Shown one piece after another: positions 62,097 through 64,000 of a stretch of 64,000 nt of DNA; position 1 is the stretch's first letter; the number at the start of each line of letters is the position of its first letter. The DNA is from Selaginella moellendorffii (Eukaryota; Plantae; Lycopodiophyta). The notes beneath the pieces were generated by a model. It was not told the origin of the DNA and ran no database searches. It worked only from the letters and a program-made list of their open reading frames with translations. The stretch spans positions 3,406,443 to 3,470,442 of the forward strand of contig NW_003314265.1 in assembly GCF_000143415.4 (NCBI RefSeq), in the 5' to 3' direction. Both the position numbers and the translations under genes were made by a program.

Positions 62097-64000
62097 ATGG
62101 GAAGAGTTCGCGGCTTGGCGACAGCAGCGATTCGATGCGCCGCACCAGCTTCGGCAGCGCCGCCGCGGGCGCCCGATCAGCAGGCGGCTGCTCTGGTGTC
62201 GGCGCTGAAGGTATGTGGCAGCATAAGGGATTTGCGCAAGGGCAAGGCGATCCACGCCCAGGCGGTGGAGAGCAAGCAGCTGGGGATCCATGTCGTCAAT
62301 GCGCTGGTGGACATGTACGCGAAATGCGGCAGCATGGAGGATTCCCGCCGCGTGTTCGACAGCATTCTTCACCCAAACGTGATGTCCTGGAACGTTTTGA
62401 TGCTGGGCTACGTCTCCAATGGCGAGAGCGATGTGGCTCTGGATCTCTTCGAGAGGATGCAAGCCAGGCGGTCGGGCTGCAAGCCAAACTCCAGGAGCTT
62501 CATGGCCGCGTCCAAGGCTTGTAGCAGCCTCGCGGCGAAGGAGGACGCTGTTTTGGTCGATGGGAAGCTCGTCAAGGAGGCAAGTCTCGAGACCGGCAGA
62601 GGCATCCATTCTCAAGCCAAGCAGATGGGACCGTCTTGCAGCGAAGACGTTTTCCTCTCGAGCTCACTGATCGATATGTACTCCAAGTGCGGCAGCATGC
62701 TCGATGCTCGATCGGTCTTCGATGAGATGCCACGGCGAGACGTGGTCTCCTGGAACGCTTTGATACTGGGCTACGTAGAGAATGGAGAAAGCGAGGTTGC
62801 TCTCGAGTTCTTTGGGAAGATGGACTGCTCGCCAAACTCTCGGACTTTCGTTGCTGCTGCCAAGGCCTGTGCGAATCTAGCAGTGAAAGAGGAGGCCACT
62901 CAAGAAGATGGAAAGATGGTGAAGACGAGGAGCCTGGAGAAGGGGCTCGCTGTTCACGCTGGAGCTATGGCAAGCCACTGCTGTGGAGATATTTTCGTGG
63001 GGAGCAGCCTCGTGGACATGTACTCGAAGTGTGGGAGCATGGCCGACGCGCGGATGGTTTTCGAGAGCATGCCTCGTCGTGATGTCGTGCTCTGGACGAG
63101 CTTGATGCAAGGCTTTGTGGACAACGGGGAAAGCGAGCTGGCTCTCGTGTTCTTCGAAGATATGAAGCTATCCGGGTGCTGTCCAAACTCTCGAACGTAT
63201 GTTGCTGCGCTTGCCGCCTGTGCGAGCTCGGCAATGCGAGAAGAAGCGGTGGATGTCGACGGGAAACTCGTGAAGAGAAAGAGCTTGGAAACTGGGGTGG
63301 CTATCCAGGGTGAAGCTTCAAACAACAGGTGCTGTGAGGACGTGTTCGTGGGGAACACATTGATCGATATGTACGCGAAGTGTGGGAAGCTAGAGGAAGC
63401 TCGCAAGGTCTTCGATGGCATGGCTGGCCGAGACGTGGTTTCGTGGAACGCAATGATCCAGGGATCTGTTGGAAGTGGAGACAGCAAGCTGGCCTTGGAG
63501 CTGTTCTTCGGCATGGAGAACGATCCGGACGAGAGAACGTTTATTGCTGCGCTCATGGCCTGCGTCCATCTTTCAGCGTCCGAACAACCTGTTCCGCGAG
63601 AAGATGGAAAGCTACTGCGAATCCAGAGCCTAGAAAAGGGGATGGAGATTCATTCTCTCGCCACGAAGCTTGGATGCTGTGAGCACAGATTTGTCGGGAG
63701 CAGCTTGGTGGACATGTATGCCAAGTGTGGAGATATGGTGAAAGCTCGAGCAGTTTTCAAACGCATGCCTAGCCGGGACGTTGTCGTTTGGACGAGCTTG
63801 ATCCAGGGATATGTAGACAACGGTGAGAGCGAGCTCGGGCTGGAACTCTTGGAGAGCATGGACTGTGCTCCAAACTCTCGGACTCTTGTAGCGGGACTTA
63901 CGGCCTGTGGGAACGTTGGGTCCAGTGAAGCTGGAAGGAAAATCCAGGCTGAGCTTTACAGGCGTGGGCTGGAAGACGACCAAGTTGTGGGGACGTGCAT
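62097..64000 (+). CDS. PLS-class pentatricopeptide repeat protein (5' part; runs off the window end)
   Basis: Open frame with repeated NALVDMYAKCGSM..AR.VF..MP.RDVVSWNAL / PNSRTFVAA..AC motifs. It is absent from the ORF track because no stop falls in the window. Start codon tentative. Confidence 0.9.
   Translation, partial: MGRVRGLATAAIRCAAPASAAPPRAPDQQAAALVSALKVCGSIRDLRKGKAIHAQAVESKQLGIHVVNALVDMYAKCGSMEDSRRVFDSILHPNVMSWNVLMLGYVSNGESDVALDLFERMQARRSGCKPNSRSFMAASKACSSLAAKEDAVLVDGKLVKEASLETGRGIHSQAKQMGPSCSEDVFLSSSLIDMYSKCGSMLDARSVFDEMPRRDVVSWNALILGYVENGESEVALEFFGKMDCSPNSRTFVAAAKACANLAVKEEATQEDGKMVKTRSLEKGLAVHAGAMASHCCGDIFVGSSLVDMYSKCGSMADARMVFESMPRRDVVLWTSLMQGFVDNGESELALVFFEDMKLSGCCPNSRTYVAALAACASSAMREEAVDVDGKLVKRKSLETGVAIQGEASNNRCCEDVFVGNTLIDMYAKCGKLEEARKVFDGMAGRDVVSWNAMIQGSVGSGDSKLALELFFGMENDPDERTFIAALMACVHLSASEQPVPREDGKLLRIQSLEKGMEIHSLATKLGCCEHRFVGSSLVDMYAKCGDMVKARAVFKRMPSRDVVVWTSLIQGYVDNGESELGLELLESMDCAPNSRTLVAGLTACGNVGSSEAGRKIQAELYRRGLEDDQVVGTC

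Noticed and set aside
62079-63983. Minus-strand ORFs over the PPR region
   Set aside because: Antisense shadows of the GC-rich plus-strand PPR frame.

Overview
A 64-kb, heavily nested transposon cluster from a land plant. The 46-60 nt introns and the PLS-class PPR gene suggest a Selaginella-like lycophyte, which is an inference. One host gene, a PPR, starts at about 62.1 kb. Main components: (1) A complete 11.7-kb Mutator-like element (38541-50234; 9-bp TSD CAATAATGT; GGG...CCC ends). It carries a GCM-like/MULE/SWIM transposase and, head-to-head with it, a 10-exon gene fusing a ParB/Srx-like domain to a beta-class N6-adenine/N4-cytosine DNA methyltransferase fold. It also carries two inward-pointing small Zn-finger genes and a small SPYYTPG ORF. 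(2) A Sola/DUF7869-like DDD transposase arranged head-to-head with an FCP1/NIF-type HAD phosphatase gene, with another copy of the small ORF nearby. (3) A Ty3/Gypsy chromovirus in tandem arrangement whose integrase is split by two short GT-AG introns; removing them restores the HPQTDGQTER and KL..RF.GPY motifs exactly. (4) Several other Ty3/Gypsy elements, including a chimeric insertion with two different LTRs, and an older decayed copy of the MULE. Almost all TE ORFs carry stops of the C->T type. Domain calls come from motif recognition by eye, not from database searches.
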